A stretch of DNA of 64,000 bases from Lama guanicoe (Eukaryota): the NCBI GenBank assembly GCA_013239625.1, contig MU053823.1:85698-149697 (forward strand), in the 5' to 3' direction. Of the stretch, positions 38,801 through 53,800 are shown piece after piece. The notes beneath the pieces are model-generated. The model did not search any database. It was not told the origin of the DNA and saw nothing but the letters and a program-made list of their open reading frames with translations. Position 1 is the first letter of the stretch. Each line of letters starts with the position of its first letter. Both the position numbers and the translations under genes were made by a program.

Positions 38801-41800
38801 ATAAAATCCCTAGTAGATATTTAGGCTGAGGTCATTACAGAGGCTCTTAGAACATGTTATGTCTGAGTTGAGTTTAGAGGAGCAGTAACCATTGGCCAAG
38901 ATGAGAATGGTAAAAGAAAGTTATCATTTGAGGAACAACGTATGCAAAGAGATAGAATTACAAGCTATCTTGGCACATTTGGAAACTAGAAGTTTAATGC
39001 AGCAGATATGAGATAGGCTTTCAGAAGATGGGGAGAGTTGGCAGTGAGTAACTCAGTTGATCCATGAAGAATTTTGTTTTTCATCTGGGGTCTTGGGAAA
39101 AGATAAGCACCCAAAAGATGGTCAGAACATCTGTAAAATTTCCTTCTGTGGCCAACACTAAATGTTCATGGGTTGATAACTGACCTTTTTGATCACAAAT
39201 CAGAGGACCCAGGAATTCTCTTCCTTTCTCTTCCTTTCTCTTCAGGCAGACAATGATGGCTGTTTCACCCAACTCGTAAAGACTAAAATGTTTCAGCTGA
39301 GACAAAGAGGGTATGACATGAAAATACAAGTGGAAGCCAAGGTCAGGGAGGAGGGAACAGGTTTGTATTATTTTAAAATATTTATTAATTTATTAAACAT
39401 TTGTCAAACTTTCATTCCATGTAGAATGCTTTATAGTTGCCAGGCAACTATGACAATGACAAGATCTCTGCCCTCAAGGAATGGCAAATCTAAACAGAAA
39501 TTATATGTGTGTGTGTGTGTATGTGTGTGTGTGTATGTGTATTATGTATAACCATAACAAACTTTCCACAGGAAATGTAAAAAATAAAGGCCAAATGCAT
39601 ATGAAGAGAGAGAGTTAATTCTAGCATAGACCCGAAGTTAGTTTTAAAAAGTATCATTTGAGCAGATTTGTATAGAATGAATAGTATTTTGCAAGATAGT
39701 GATGGACTAGGAAAACATAACACGCCTAAAACAAAGGTGTTCAGTCCCAGAAAAATCTGAAAATGTAGGCTGGTGCTAAGGTGTTTAGAAAAGTAAATCA
39801 TGTACTAAAGAGGTTAGACTTTGTTATGAAAAGCATTAGATATCTTCAGATATATTTAGGGAGAATGATCAAAATAAGTTGATGTTTCTAACATTTAATT
39901 CCAGCAGACATGAAAAAGGACAGGCTAGATGAAGAATACGATATATCAGAATATTATTCAAAGATGATCCCAAACATTACAATTTGGGGGCCTGAGAAAC
40001 AGAAATGCCATTAACCAAGATAAGGGAAAGATGAGAAAGAACTATGGTTATGAGAGTGTGTCAAAGATAATGAATCATAATCTGGAATATCAAAACAGAA
40101 GTTGATTCATTCAGTGGACAATTTAAAAAGAAAACCAGAGCAAAATCAGGACCAGAAATGTAACTCTGAAAGCATCCCCAGGGTGTCCAGATCCTCCTAA
40201 GAGTAAATGCAAGTGTTCTGGAAGCAAGCTCATTTAGCATTGCTAAACTGAGGTTGGAGGCAGACAAGGAGGGGCCCAAGGATGTGGCTGGAGAGAGTAT
40301 AAGATAAATGAGCATAATAAAATTGGAAGTCATAGGGCTAGAAAATTAAAATTAAAAAGCACAATTTCATAGATGCCACTGGAGGGAACTTTTTTTGAAG
40401 TTCTTCTGAGGGTTGGTTCTGATGAGGTCTGAGATGAGAATACTATATATGGGGGGAAATAAGGGGTCTTTTAGGCTTTGACAGAGTGGTGTTTTGGAGG
40501 ATGAAGACAAAATACAGATCACACTTCACTGAACGGAAAGACACTGGAGGTTAGCTTACTTTGGATAGGCCATGCAGTGATAAGAAGGGTTTTGCCAAGG
40601 AAGTAGTTTGTGATAGGAATTTAAGAACATTTGGGGGCCAATGTGGAGAATCATGTTGTAGGTCAAAAGCTGTAGGCAGGGAGGCCATGGATGCAAAAGA
40701 GATGAAAACAAAGATAGAGCAAGATCACAGAGGAGAGATGAAAAACTTACCAAGAACGCAGGCGGAATGAGCAGGATATTTGTGAAACCAGAGGTACTGA
40801 GAAATTACAGAGACTGATCATTTTTTTATATGAAGCAAAGCTAATGTCAAATTGTTTGCATTTTCTAAGCATAAGGAAATTCTGGAAAGAATAGTAGAAA
40901 GAAATTCTGGAATGGACAGTTAGAATGTTATAATGGAGTAAAGCTGGGATGGAGGCAGGAGGTGAGTTGAATATACAGAACAGTTCAAATTCATTGTTTT
41001 TCAGGGTTGGAATTAACTGGACTTGGATCAAGCGAAATCACAGATATCTTAAGCAAACTGGAATTTACAAAAGTGGATTCGCATTTCAGGCGCGGGCTCC
41101 CTTTCTTTGCGCAGGTAAAGGAACTTTTCAATAAAATCACGATTTGGAGGATGTGGCTTTTAAGAAAACAAGCTTTTCTGTCACAAAATCAAAATTTATT
41201 GTAAAAAATAAATATTTATTTAAACTAAGAAATTATAACAAATTACAAATTTAAAAGGCAAATACCATCACAAAATCCAAAAAAATAAAGCATACTTTTA
41301 TTAACTTCCTAACACACCTCTATAATGCATTTTTCCTATATAGTTTGGCTGCATACTATTTGACTGCCTCTTATAAACAATGACTTTTTAATGTAATCTT
41401 CTATAGAAAGAATAAAAAGATACTTTCATCTAGATGACTGGTTTTTTTTATTACTGTTAGTTTTTAAAAGGGTTTTTTTTTCAGTTTCAGGGCTCAATAT
41501 TGATAATAATATTGGTAAATTTTAAGACTGACATCCAATTAGGACTATTAAAGAGATCTAAGACGTCTAGGCATTTTATATTTCCTTTTGTAGTAACTAA
41601 CTTTGAATTCACAATTTATAGGCAATTTCTTCATTTGATTGCCGTATTATGAATTTGATGTTTTCTTAACGTTTTCCAGTATTTTGTATCAAATTGGCAA
41701 GAAATTAATAATTGGGCGAGATCATTTCGGGTTGAGAGAAAAGCATGAGAAAACTGAAGGCCTGAGGGATGAATATGACTTTGTCCAGAAATCTAAGAAA

Positions 41801-44800
41801 GATGAGAGAATGGTCAAGGCTTTTCAAGATCAAAGAACTAAGGGCCTTTTAAGATATGTTCGAATTTTGGATTGAGAAGTTACTGAAGGTTTTATTGAGA
41901 GTGACATGATCAGTTTAGCTTAGGCTGTATAGAGAATGGCCTGAAGCGAGGATGGAGCAGCGAGAAGGTGGACTGCATAAGCTTAAATAGAAAGATACTG
42001 GAAACCAGATGGGAAAAAATATTGTGGTTTTAAGTGGAATAGTAACAGTAGATTTGGAGAGAAGTCAATACGAATAAAAGATGTTTAGTGGGGAAAAGAC
42101 AGCACTTGCCAATGGGTTAGATATAGGCGGTGAAAGGGAGAAAATGACCGAAAAATAAAGCTCTGCATAATCCTGCATAAACTACTGAATGGATGGAAGC
42201 ACTGTATACTGAGAAAAAGAACACCAGAGATGGAGAGAATTCGGGAAGGCAACATCATGAGTCCACGATGGGCAGTTCTCAATGGAACACTAATGAAGTT
42301 ATCCAAATAGAAATGTCAAAAAGAAAAATATTTCAGAGCCCAGAAAACAAATCTAATTTTCACAGTCGAAGCTCTTCATTGAGTGACAGTGGCCAAGCAC
42401 GCAAGAGTGGAAAAAATGTTATTGCCATATGATGCTTGAAACCAGCCATCTCTTTTGTCTTTCTAGGTTCTTCTAGTTGATGAGAAGGACCAGCCAATCC
42501 CCAATAAAACAGTAGTCGTCAGTGTGTCTATCATGTCGTACCAAGCCAGCTTTACTACTAATGAGCACGGGTTGGTGGACATTTCCATTGACACCACTAA
42601 CTTCACGTCTTCTTTCATTACAGTTACGGTGAGTGGAAAGGGGCATCTGGGACTAAAAAGACAGAGATCACTGGGGCTGCATAATGTAAGGATATATGGG
42701 AAAACATGTGCACTCTGGGGATTAAAAAAAAAAGTGATAAAGGCCAAAATAGGAATTAAGCAGTGCGGAGACCTAAATAATAAGAAACAAAAAATTCTCC
42801 GCCAGAAAACTTCAGACTCTGTTCACAGCATGATCTAGTTTCAGGAGACATTCATTAGAACATCTTGATAATCCCTTGAAAGTTCGATATTTTTACAGTT
42901 TTATTACAAATCAGATTTTTCCTTAGTATACCACTATTTATGTTTTGCCTTAAGTATTCAAGTGTCCTTCTGCAATTTACATACGTAAGAGTATTAAGAA
43001 AAAGTAATTGACCTTCATTGTGAGTGAGAATATCTATTCAGTCAGTATAGTGTAACCTTAAATAAACTTAAGGGAAAGTTGCCTATAGATGATGCTTTAT
43101 TTGGGACAGCAGCTTATAATGAAACCAAGTGAGCCTTGTTAATATAAAATCTTCAGTAAATGACAGAGTGACCAATATGTACATAACATATGTTAATAAC
43201 CTACTCAAGACCTTATTCTATCCTTTAGGTCACTTACAAACAGAATAATTTCTGTTACGATAACTGGTGGCTTGAAGAATCACATTTACCAGCACAGCAC
43301 ACTGCAAGGCATGTTTTCTCCCCAAGCAAGAGTTATGTTCACCTTGAACCTGTGGCTGGTACTCTGGCTTGTGGGCAAACCCAGGAGGTTCGAACACACT
43401 ACATCTTGAATGAACAGATTCTGAAGGATGAAAAAGAGTTAACCTTCTATTATTTGGTAAGAATAAAGGCCACTGTGGCTCTTCGTCATTGTGTAGACCT
43501 CAGAAAGATTGAGTTCTTATCTAAGTAATGCCCTTTATAGCAATATTTTTTGTTTGTTTTTATGATTGAAGGGAAGTTGCTTCCTAAAAAAATTATGAAT
43601 GTTTTAATATTTCATTTATGTTCTGGTCTTCACTGAAACATTTAAGTGTGTGTGTGTGTGTACGTTTTTCTGATTTCTAGTGGAAAATTAGTGAATGAAA
43701 GAGGAAAGAGCTTAGGACAAATTTCTTGTTAGTCAAAGAGAATGTTTTTCTTAGAGTTCAGTAGATAAATAAGCAAAGGGTAAAAATCAAGGACTTATTC
43801 AACAGGAAATAAAAAATATAAATAAGTTTTGGGGAAAATATTCAATTTGACATTAACTGGAGACGTGAAAATTAAAACAATAAAGCAGGAGTATATAAAG
43901 GTTCTAAATAATTTACACAGTTCAAGAGCTGGTACAACTGCAGGGAAAAGTACCTTGACAAGCATATTATAAATTGGTGTGACATGTTTGAGGTCGGTAT
44001 ACCTATTTTAAAATATTCAAAGCTGGTTGTTAGCCGGGTAAGTCATTTTAAGAAGAAAAATTTATGTGTAAGAAATTGTATATAGGGACATTAACTATAA
44101 ATAGTATTTTTTAATTCTATAAAAAAGTGAAAACATTGACAGTAACCTAGAATCTTGGCTTTATTGCGTCTTAGTTATGTGAATTTGGGTAATTTACTTG
44201 ATCTCATCTGTAAAGAGAACTGTCAATATCTCACCTGAATACTGAAGGTAGTATTTATACCTCCTTCATAAGGTTATCGTCAAAATTAAAAATCTTAAAA
44301 CTAAATTCCTTACTTCAGTACCTGGCACATAGAGAGTGTAAATACTTTTAGTTTAGTTTTGTTCTTTTTAAATAGGAACCAGCATTAGAGAATACCTACA
44401 TATATTTTATATCTGCTTTTACTATATATTGCTTTGCGTATAATACATGCTTAAAATAGTTGTTGAAAGAATATATAAATTTTAAATATTAATATTAAAG
44501 ATAAGTAGTAAATATTAAGTAAAATACTAAAATACTGTAAAATTATGTTTTTATGTAAAGTATGTATCTATACATATAAGAAAATATTAGAAGAGGAATT
44601 TAGTGAACAAAAATGATTTCTGGATTGAAATAGATTGTTGCCTATTTATGTGTTATAAATATATTTAAGTAAGTTTAGTATGTACCTTTTAAAATGATAA
44701 TGAATGTCCTTCCCTCTGTCTTCAGATCAAAGCAAGAGGAAGCATCGCGCAATCAGGAACCCATGTGTTGTCCATTGAGCAAGGAGAGAGTAAGTACTTT

Positions 44801-47800
44801 CCGGATTTCCTGTTTTTTCTCTCAAATTGTCAAATCTTGAACATTTTAGCAAGATGAAACTATTTCTTCCGTTGGAGGAAACCAACCTTCTTCTGTCAAC
44901 CAAAGATGAAGAAGCTGATTAAAAAAAAAAAAAAGGATACTAGGCTCATTTTAGTCCATTTAGTACTTTACTATTCCTTTTTACAGCATTTCTATATTTT
45001 AAATTTTATTCGTAAAGTAAAATATATTCATTTTATTATTAAATTTTTAATGCAAAAATAATCGAAAAATGTAGAAAATCACCAAAGAAAAATTTTACTC
45101 TGTACATTTTCGTATTAGTTTCCTATTGCTTGTAGGAAGCTTTCTGGCTAAAAACCACTCAGATTTGTTACCCTACAGTTCTGTGGGTCAGAAGCAGTAC
45201 GTAATTCACACAGAAAGCAACCACTAAGATAAATGCATGGAATTCTTTCACAAAAATCAGAGCCATACTCTTTCGTGTGTGTACAAATAGTGTTGGCATC
45301 TCTGCTCTACTGTAAATGGCCTGAAGGCAGAGATTGTGTTGCATTCTTTGAATTGTCCTCTCCCATATGACAAGAATTGCACTGATTTGGATCATAGATA
45401 GAGATCATTAAAGACATCAAGAAGTTTCTTCTTTCTTGACTTCTTAATGTCTGGTTTTTTTTAATTTAAAAACAGAGACACACAATAAATGTTCTTTCCT
45501 GCTTAAGCCGAGGAACTGAACAATTTAACCTACATCTTTAAGGACAAATGTCATTAATTCAGCATATATATATTGAACACTACTATATACACAATGGTAT
45601 AAATGCAAGTCTTTTCTCACTTTGGTCGGCTCCAAAGGTAAATAAGTTAAATAATTTGAGAATCTCTTCTTCTTAAAATTGAAAACTCTTCCCTCTTCCT
45701 AATCCAGTATCTTGAACTTTACTCTCCAGTGAAAAGGGTATTTTCCTTCTCCTTTCGAGTGGAATCAGCCATTGCTCCCACCGCCCAGTTGCTGATTTAT
45801 ACTGTTTTACCTAATGGAGAAGTTATTGCAGATACTGAGGAACTCAAGATTGAAAACTGCTTTGCCAATAAGGTGGGTGTTTTGTTTAAGCCCAGTCCTT
45901 TTATTCATCCCCTCTTTCGAAGTATGGAGAATAAGACACTTACGTCCATAAAAAAGATTCCCACCTAGTGCCCCTAAAACCTTCTGCCAAAGGGCTTCTA
46001 AAGGCAGAGTAGTTCAAAGGAGTAGTTCAAAGCAAATGGCCGTTAGCACAATTTTGTACAAGTCTCTTGTTTTAAAATTCACGTGGAATTCCAAATATAT
46101 GCTATTCATAAGTTTTAATACTTTTAACTTTGAAATGTTTTGTTCCCCAAAGTTTTAATTAAAAATGATGCTTCACAATGATATGTCAATTTTATCCCAC
46201 TGTACCCCCTGACATGCCTCTATGTACTATGGCAGAACCCAATAATTTACTGTGAGTTAAATTCAGTTTGATAAAGCAGAGCAAGGGAATATATATGTAT
46301 CCTGTTTTGAGTAGCGTAGCCTGGGCACTCTAATAATGACTATAGCATAAAAATCTAACATACTTACAATTGGGATCTTTTTATATTTTCAAAGAATACA
46401 TGGCTGTAAGGAGAAGCCTACTGAGAAATTAAGCAGCTTTATCTTAACAGAATTTGGTGTGTCATCTTGACATTAACAATCAAACAGGAGCCACCGACTT
46501 CAGATGTCTTTTTAAAAAAATCACCTACAAGGATTCTAACATGGGTTTTATGGAGATTAAAACAATACACATGTATAGCAAGTGTACATTTCTGCAATGA
46601 GAATTATATTTAGCTTGTCCTCTTTTTTTTAATATACCATGATCTAAGAAAAATGCACAGTGGATTCTGATATAAATTTTCAATTACAACTTACGAAGGA
46701 ATGCTATTAAACCAGGACAGGTGTCCAGGAGCATAGTTTGTGTTCTGTTTGGAGGTTCTGTGTATTTCATATGGACCTAGAAAAGACTTTTGCTTCTAAC
46801 GTCAATGTCTTTGTTGCTAATCATGGGTAGTTAGTTGTTTGCTAAACCTTGGAGCAGTCATGTTACACTGCAGCATTTGCCCATTTTACTCCTCCCAGCA
46901 GCAGCTTCTCTCTGGGGCAAAAACATAGGACAGCTCCTGTGTAACATCATAAAACTTCCACCCAGAAACCGAAGTCCATGGACACTATGTTCCATCACTT
47001 CATATCAAATATCTTTTCATTTATCATTGATCAGAGGTGGAGATAAGCTATGAAAAATATAGATAAAGATTTATGCAGTATTTAGAAGAAATCTGACCAT
47101 TTGTTTAAAAGTTAGGGAATGATTAAAGTTAACAATTAAGGATCCTGGAAGTGAGACTCCCAACAGGATGATGAGCAAACAGGGTAAAGAGTGGGCTGAG
47201 AGGGTGAGGAAAGAGCCAGGTCAGCTTGAGACCTGTGTTTCTTTAAACCAAAAGACTTTAACTGTTTTCTTTCAATCTTTGTTGGGAAAGAGGAGAACCT
47301 GTTTACTATTCAAAAATCTGTATACCTCTTTCTTACTTTAATAATAAAAATAATAACTTAATTTAATTAATTTAAATTAAAAACTTAGTAACAGAGTTAG
47401 TAGACACACTGACTACCATGTAACAGTGTAAATTGTCAGTTATTCTTAACTAGATATAATTATTCATTAAGGATAACATTGATTAATACAGTAGGTACAG
47501 ACTCTCAAAATATGCCTTAAATTTCTTTTCCTTAAAGTTCTCATATCAGTAAAACATTTTACATTTTCTAGCAGATCTACTTGGTTAAGGATATTTTCAG
47601 TCTATTATAATCCCAAATAATTCACTTGTTCAATCTATGTGGACCTTCATGAACATACTTCAATAAACTTAAATTTTCTAAAGAGAAAAATATATTTAAA
47701 ATAGATTTTTCATAACCAATGTTTTCATAATATATTAACCTACAGAGATGAATACCCCTGCAACTTGAGAATAAATCAATTAATTTCTTTTTCATATATG

Positions 47801-50800
47801 TCTCATGATATACATGAATCCAAACTGTTATATCAATTTAATAGACCTCACAGCAGATTATCATAGTTAAATTCAGCAATCCAAGTCAAATGTTATTTAA
47901 CTCAATGTACTGATATTTCTTTCCAATCCAAGAAATGTTTATGTAAATGTTAGGAACCAACAGATTCCAATGCAGTAGGAATCAATGCATGTCTATTGGC
48001 CAAAGCAGAGTCAAATCTTTGGGAAAATTATGCACAATTTTTCATTATTTTGTAGCTCTTATTCTTTATTCACAGTTCTTTGAATTTTGTCAGCCAATAA
48101 ACTCTTAGAGTATTATATTAGATGCTTAGCTTTTTAAATTAATGAATAAGTTCCTGATCCTGATAAATGGCACTACACTGCTTAGAATGTCAGATGATTA
48201 AGGGTGCCAACTGGAAGAGACTTTGTTGGCTGGTCTTAGAGGCTGAATGGAATTTTTCACAGCCCCGTGCAAACTACAAACATTCATCAGAAAAACACTG
48301 CCTGGAGACAGGCTGTAGCTAGGTCTGTATCTTTGTTAGCCTGTGTTCCAATTCCCATTCAAGATTCTATCTCACTGTGATCGAAATCAATTTATATTTT
48401 AACAGTGTTTAAAAAGAGTAGGAAGCCTGAGTTAACCATATCTCATTTCCAGGGTATTCCAGAGATGGTTAACCGGTAGTCCCGAGGCAGATTCACCTCT
48501 AATCATGTTCTCAAGTGGATGAAGACAAAGGAAATGTAGAAAGGAACAGTCCTAGCCTAGGGCAAAAGAGAGTTTCGAGACTGTAATAATTAGAATATTT
48601 GTTTCTATAATCATATCCTCTTCACAGGTAAATTTGAGCTTCTCCTCCGTCCGGAGCCTGCCAGCCTCAGACACCAACCTGAAGGTCACAGCCACTCCTC
48701 ACTCCCTCTGCGCCCTCCGTGCTGTAGACCAGAGTGTGCTGCTGATGAAGCCTGAGGCTGAGCTCTCACCTCAATCAGTGAGTCCCATTTCAGTCTTGGG
48801 TATCAGAAAACGCACACATCATACAAGCCTTGTTGGTAGCCGGAAGTTCTAACTGCAAAACGACAAGTTCTTCAGACTGTCAGGCATGAGGTAGTAAGTT
48901 ATGTATGAGTTTGGATTCAGTTCAGTTCCAAAAAAGACACTGCACAAGGTGCTTTACATGTATCATCTCATTTCCTTCTCTGCTGTAGTGTGTCAAAGAG
49001 TGAGCAATCTTGCTCTCCACTTCATTCCCTGAGCCTAACACAGCCCTTATCTCTAAAAGATGCACAACACATTTTTAATGAATAAATGAATAATACTTTT
49101 TTAAGGTGGATATTATTACCTTAATTTTACTATTTTTTAAATTGAGGTATGGTTGATTTACAATGTTGTGTTAGTTTCAGGGGTACAGCAGAGTGATTCA
49201 GTTGTACATCCATATATCTATTCTTTTTCAGATTCTTTTCCATTATGGGTTATTACAAGATATTGAACATATTTCCCTGTGCTCTACAGTAGGACCTTGT
49301 TGTTTATTTTATATATAGTAGTGTGTATATGTTAATCTCAAACTCTTAATTTATCCATTCCCCTGTACTTTCCCCTTTGGTAACCATAAGTTTGTTTTTT
49401 ATATCTGTAAGTCTATTTCTGTTTTGTAAATAAGTTCATTTGTATAATTTTTCTTAGATCCCACATATAAATGATATCATATGATATTTGTCTTCCTCTG
49501 TCTGACTTACTTCACTTAGTATGATAATCTCTAGGTTCATCCACATAGCTGCCAATGACATTATTTCATGCTTTTTTTTATGGCTGAGTAGCATTCCATT
49601 GTGTGTGTGTGTATATATATACCACACTTACCACACATACCACAACTTCTTCATCCATTCATCTGTCGATGGATATTTAGGTTGTTTCCATATCTTGGCT
49701 GTTGTAAATAGTGCTGCTATGAACATTGGGGTGCATGTATCTTTTTGAATTGGAGTTTTCTCCAGATATATCCCCCAGGAGTGGGACTGCTGGGTCATAT
49801 GGTAGGTCTATTTTTAGTTTTTTAAGGAGTCTCCATACTGTTTTTCATAGTGGCTGCACAAATTTACACCTACCAGCAGTGCAGGAGGATTCCTTTTTCT
49901 CCACACCTTCTCCAGCATTTATTATTTGTAGACTTTTTGATGATGGCCATTCTGACTGGTGTGAGGATATACCTCATTGTAGTTTTGATTTGCATTTTTC
50001 TAATAATTAGTGATGTTGAGCATCTTTTCATGTGTCTGTTGGCCATCTGTATATCTTCTTTGGAGAAATGTCTGTTTAGAAGAAGAAGGCCTTCCCCAGG
50101 AGAGGAGAGCTGTTCTACAGTCAAGGGTATATGAGTAGCTGCTCTCACTACAAACTCCACACAAGATGGTATGTGATGCCAGATTTTTAAGCTTTCCCTA
50201 AAATTCAGGTACTTCCTCATTGCTCTTAAGTATAGATGAAAGAGAATTTCCATTCAAACTTGTCTTTTAAAGATATTTCTTACACTGAAGCACTACCAAA
50301 AGGACCTTAGAGCTTCCCATCTTCATGGTCCATTTACTTATTTAACAAATAACTCTGCCTTGACTGTGAGATGGACACTGCCCTGGAAATAGGAGTTCTA
50401 ATAGTGAACAATCAGATGTGGTCTCTGACTGTTTTAGACTTACAATCTGGTGAGCTATTAAAACAAGCAAGCAACAAAACATATAAACGTATAATAGTGC
50501 TAAATTTTGGTAAGCATCATTTAAGGGATAAACAGGCTGTTGAGATAAAGAAGGAAAAGAGTTGAACAGTTTTTGACATAGCGATTTGAGGTGTCTTCTT
50601 AGATCATCAGATAACGGAGGGGCAGGGGCAGGCGTTACGAAGGATGAAAGCAGCGTGCCCGAGGGTCTTGAGGTCGGAGTAAGTCTGGGGTGTTCTAAAA
50701 AGGGAAAGGTAATGACCTCATGTGTAGTGGTGAGAGAAGAGGATGGCAGCATCTGCAGGTGGAACGGAAAGAAGGAAGATCGTGGTGCTACGGTCTCTGT

Positions 50801-53800
50801 TACGTGATGCACTCTGTTCGCTTGGAGTGGAGTTTGGAGTTGACGGCCAGTGCGGGGGTCAATCACTGAGGAGCTGTAGGCAGGGGAGCAGCAATTCAGA
50901 TTTCTCTACTAAGAAGATCTCATTGGCTGCTGAGGATATGAGAGGGAGAATGAAAGAATGGAAACCGAAGGCTGGTGTAGTAGCTTAGGTAAGAGAGGGC
51001 AGCAGGTCTGCATGGAGGTAGGGCGTGTTTAACGGCCAGAACACTGTGCCTGAGCAGGTGGCCCAACACTAGGCTTGGGGCAAAAAACTGAACTGGAATT
51101 GATTTGATTTCTAGGTTACCCCAGCCCACTCTTCTCCCAAGCCAGACTCGGTCCTAACATAGTATACTGAAAACAAAAGCAAACAAACAAACAAAAAACA
51201 CTTGGTAAGAACTTAATCATATAAAATGGGAAAAGAAAATGGAATAAGTATTTACAGAAGTTGTTTCTGAGTGACGGGAATGTGAGTGGCTTTTATTCTC
51301 TCCTTATGCTTCCCTGTACTGTCCACGTTTTTTGCTTTCCTTTAAAAGTAGGCGTTTGGGCTGGGAGACAGGAGACTAGAGTTTTATTCTGACTCATCCA
51401 AAATGGGCTCTGAGCCTTTGATCAATTAATTTGATTTCTTTATACATGCATTTCTTTTGTACACAAAAGGCTTAGGATCCATAGCCCTTAATGTCTCCCT
51501 ATGATTTCTGTGTTTATAACATCGGCATGGGAGTGTTAAGTAAATCCTGGATTGAACATTATTACACTAAAATAAAATAAGATAAGTTTTTCCTTTGTTC
51601 TTTCCATTTTGCAGGTCTATGATTTGCTACCAGTAAAGAGCGTCCACAGTGTTCAATATGGAGGTCCTGGGAATGAAGATGGTGAAGCGTGTATCACTGC
51701 AGAAGACATAACTTACAATGGACTCATCTACACGCCAAGGCAGATCCCGGATGACGATGTTTACAGCATCTTTGAGGTCTTTCTTCTTAAAAACATAACC
51801 AAAATTGATTTCCAAGTCTTTGTTAAGATGGAGAACAAATGGACTTTTAAGCTCTAGAATCTGATCTCCTTTCCACCTGCCAAAAATAAAGCTATGATTC
51901 ACAGAAAAAAATTGAAACCTCAGAGGCATAGAGAACTTGGTACCTGCACAGAGAGTCAATCGTGAATTTCTCTGGCACTTTAAACCGCAAGGGGTATTAC
52001 TTTGAGGGCCCACAGTCTTAACCAAGTTGCTCTCAAAGCTAGTTATCACTGTCATTTTCTCCTCTCAGAAAACCTTTCCCATAGTGCCTCTGCAATCCAT
52101 CCATTTAGTGCAGTAAAATTTCAGGAAGACTGAGAGTAGCTGTGCGTAAAGAAAAGATTGAGAAAATGTGGAGTAGAAATGTTAGCATGCCTTAGGTTAG
52201 ATAAAATGCGTTAATAAAATGTGTGCCTTTAACTAGACCTAGGGAAAGGGAAGTTTATCCAGGCTGTGAAGTTAAACCTTGTCACTACCTAAAAAGGACT
52301 AAAAACTCCCATTATACCTCAAGAAAAATATACATCATTCCTCTGCAGAGGTCTGCAGCTTAGCTGAGAGCAACTTAAACCTCCTTCTCCTGCAGCCTCC
52401 AGAATCATAAATCAGTCAACGGTCCACGGAGAAGAGGACTCTTTAAGTTTTTAGCTCACTGCTTAATCTTTAAACATTTCCTTCTGACTTCTTTCTCCCT
52501 AGTGCATATCACTGCCACCCTTGACAGCTGTGCCTCAGAGTCCCATAGTTTCCCAAGTTCTCTAAGATAGGACAGCAAGTAGTATTTAACTGTGACAAAT
52601 ATTGAGGAAAGAGGACGTTGGGAACAGGTGGGCTCCAGGAATCAGGCTACATGGACATCTGCATGTGTGTTTTGCATGCAGAGATTCAGGCTACTTACAA
52701 GAAATCAAGAAAGAAAAACGGGGAAGACTAAATCATAAAAGGGATGAGTTGAACATAGATACTTAGGCAAAGGCATATTTTCCAATAAAACATAATCAAA
52801 GCCAAGTTTACTAAGACTGTGAAGAAGAATCTCCAAGATGCAACCCTATAATCTCAAATGAAGAGAAACAAAAAAAATTATTCTCTGCAATAAAATTATG
52901 AGATATATATATAATATATATACTGTACATATATAATATTTGGGGATTTTCTGAGGGGGAAAGGAAGGGAAGAAGAACATTCAAAGCAAAATACTCAAGT
53001 TTCTTGGATGCAAAAGACAATTAAAGAGGCATCAACATCCAGTAGACAAAATTCAGAATAGGAATCAGAAGTGGGTCCTAATCCCGACTCTCATTCACTA
53101 ACTGGATGCACTGGACTTTCTGGGACCCCATTTTCATATTTTAAAATAGCTCTCTTCTCCTTCATGTGGAGTTTTCATGACAATCCTATGAGCTATGTGT
53201 ATAATCATAGTAAAAGTATAATACAAAAGTAAGAAAATATTCCAATCTCCAGACTGGATTGACAATATGCTTTCATCATTCTTTTTCTTCCAGTCCGCAG
53301 GATTCAATATTTTTACCAACTCAAAAATCCATAAGGCATGTATTAGTCAGGTTTTTCTGCCATCTCCAGGAATTGCTGTGGCCTACGCAAGTGGTAAGAG
53401 TGAGAATTCTCTCTCTGCTAAAATAATGGAAGAAAAATGGTGCTTTGCTGGGTTGGGTTGGGATTAAAAGCTATTTTTCTAAGTATTAAATGTTGTAACT
53501 CTGCAGCAACTTCTTGGTAAATTTTCTTCAAATAATATTTTTCCCCAGAGGAAAAATAATAATTTTTAAGCAATTATTGTTTTTTTCTCTCTCTGTCTCT
53601 GAAATCAAAATCAAATACTTTTTTGTCATAGCTTTCAATAGACTTGGTGCTTTAAATCCTCCATATCCATTGTGGATTCAATACCTAAATTAGTCAGAAT
53701 AAGATAACTTACACTGCAGTAACAAACAAACCCCCACATCTCGGAGGCTAAGCAAAACAAAAACTGCCTGTGAGTCCAGTAGCTGTCCAGAACAGCTCTC

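Noticed and set aside
49870..50253. Independent minus-strand protein gene
   Set aside because: Remnant of L1 ORF2.
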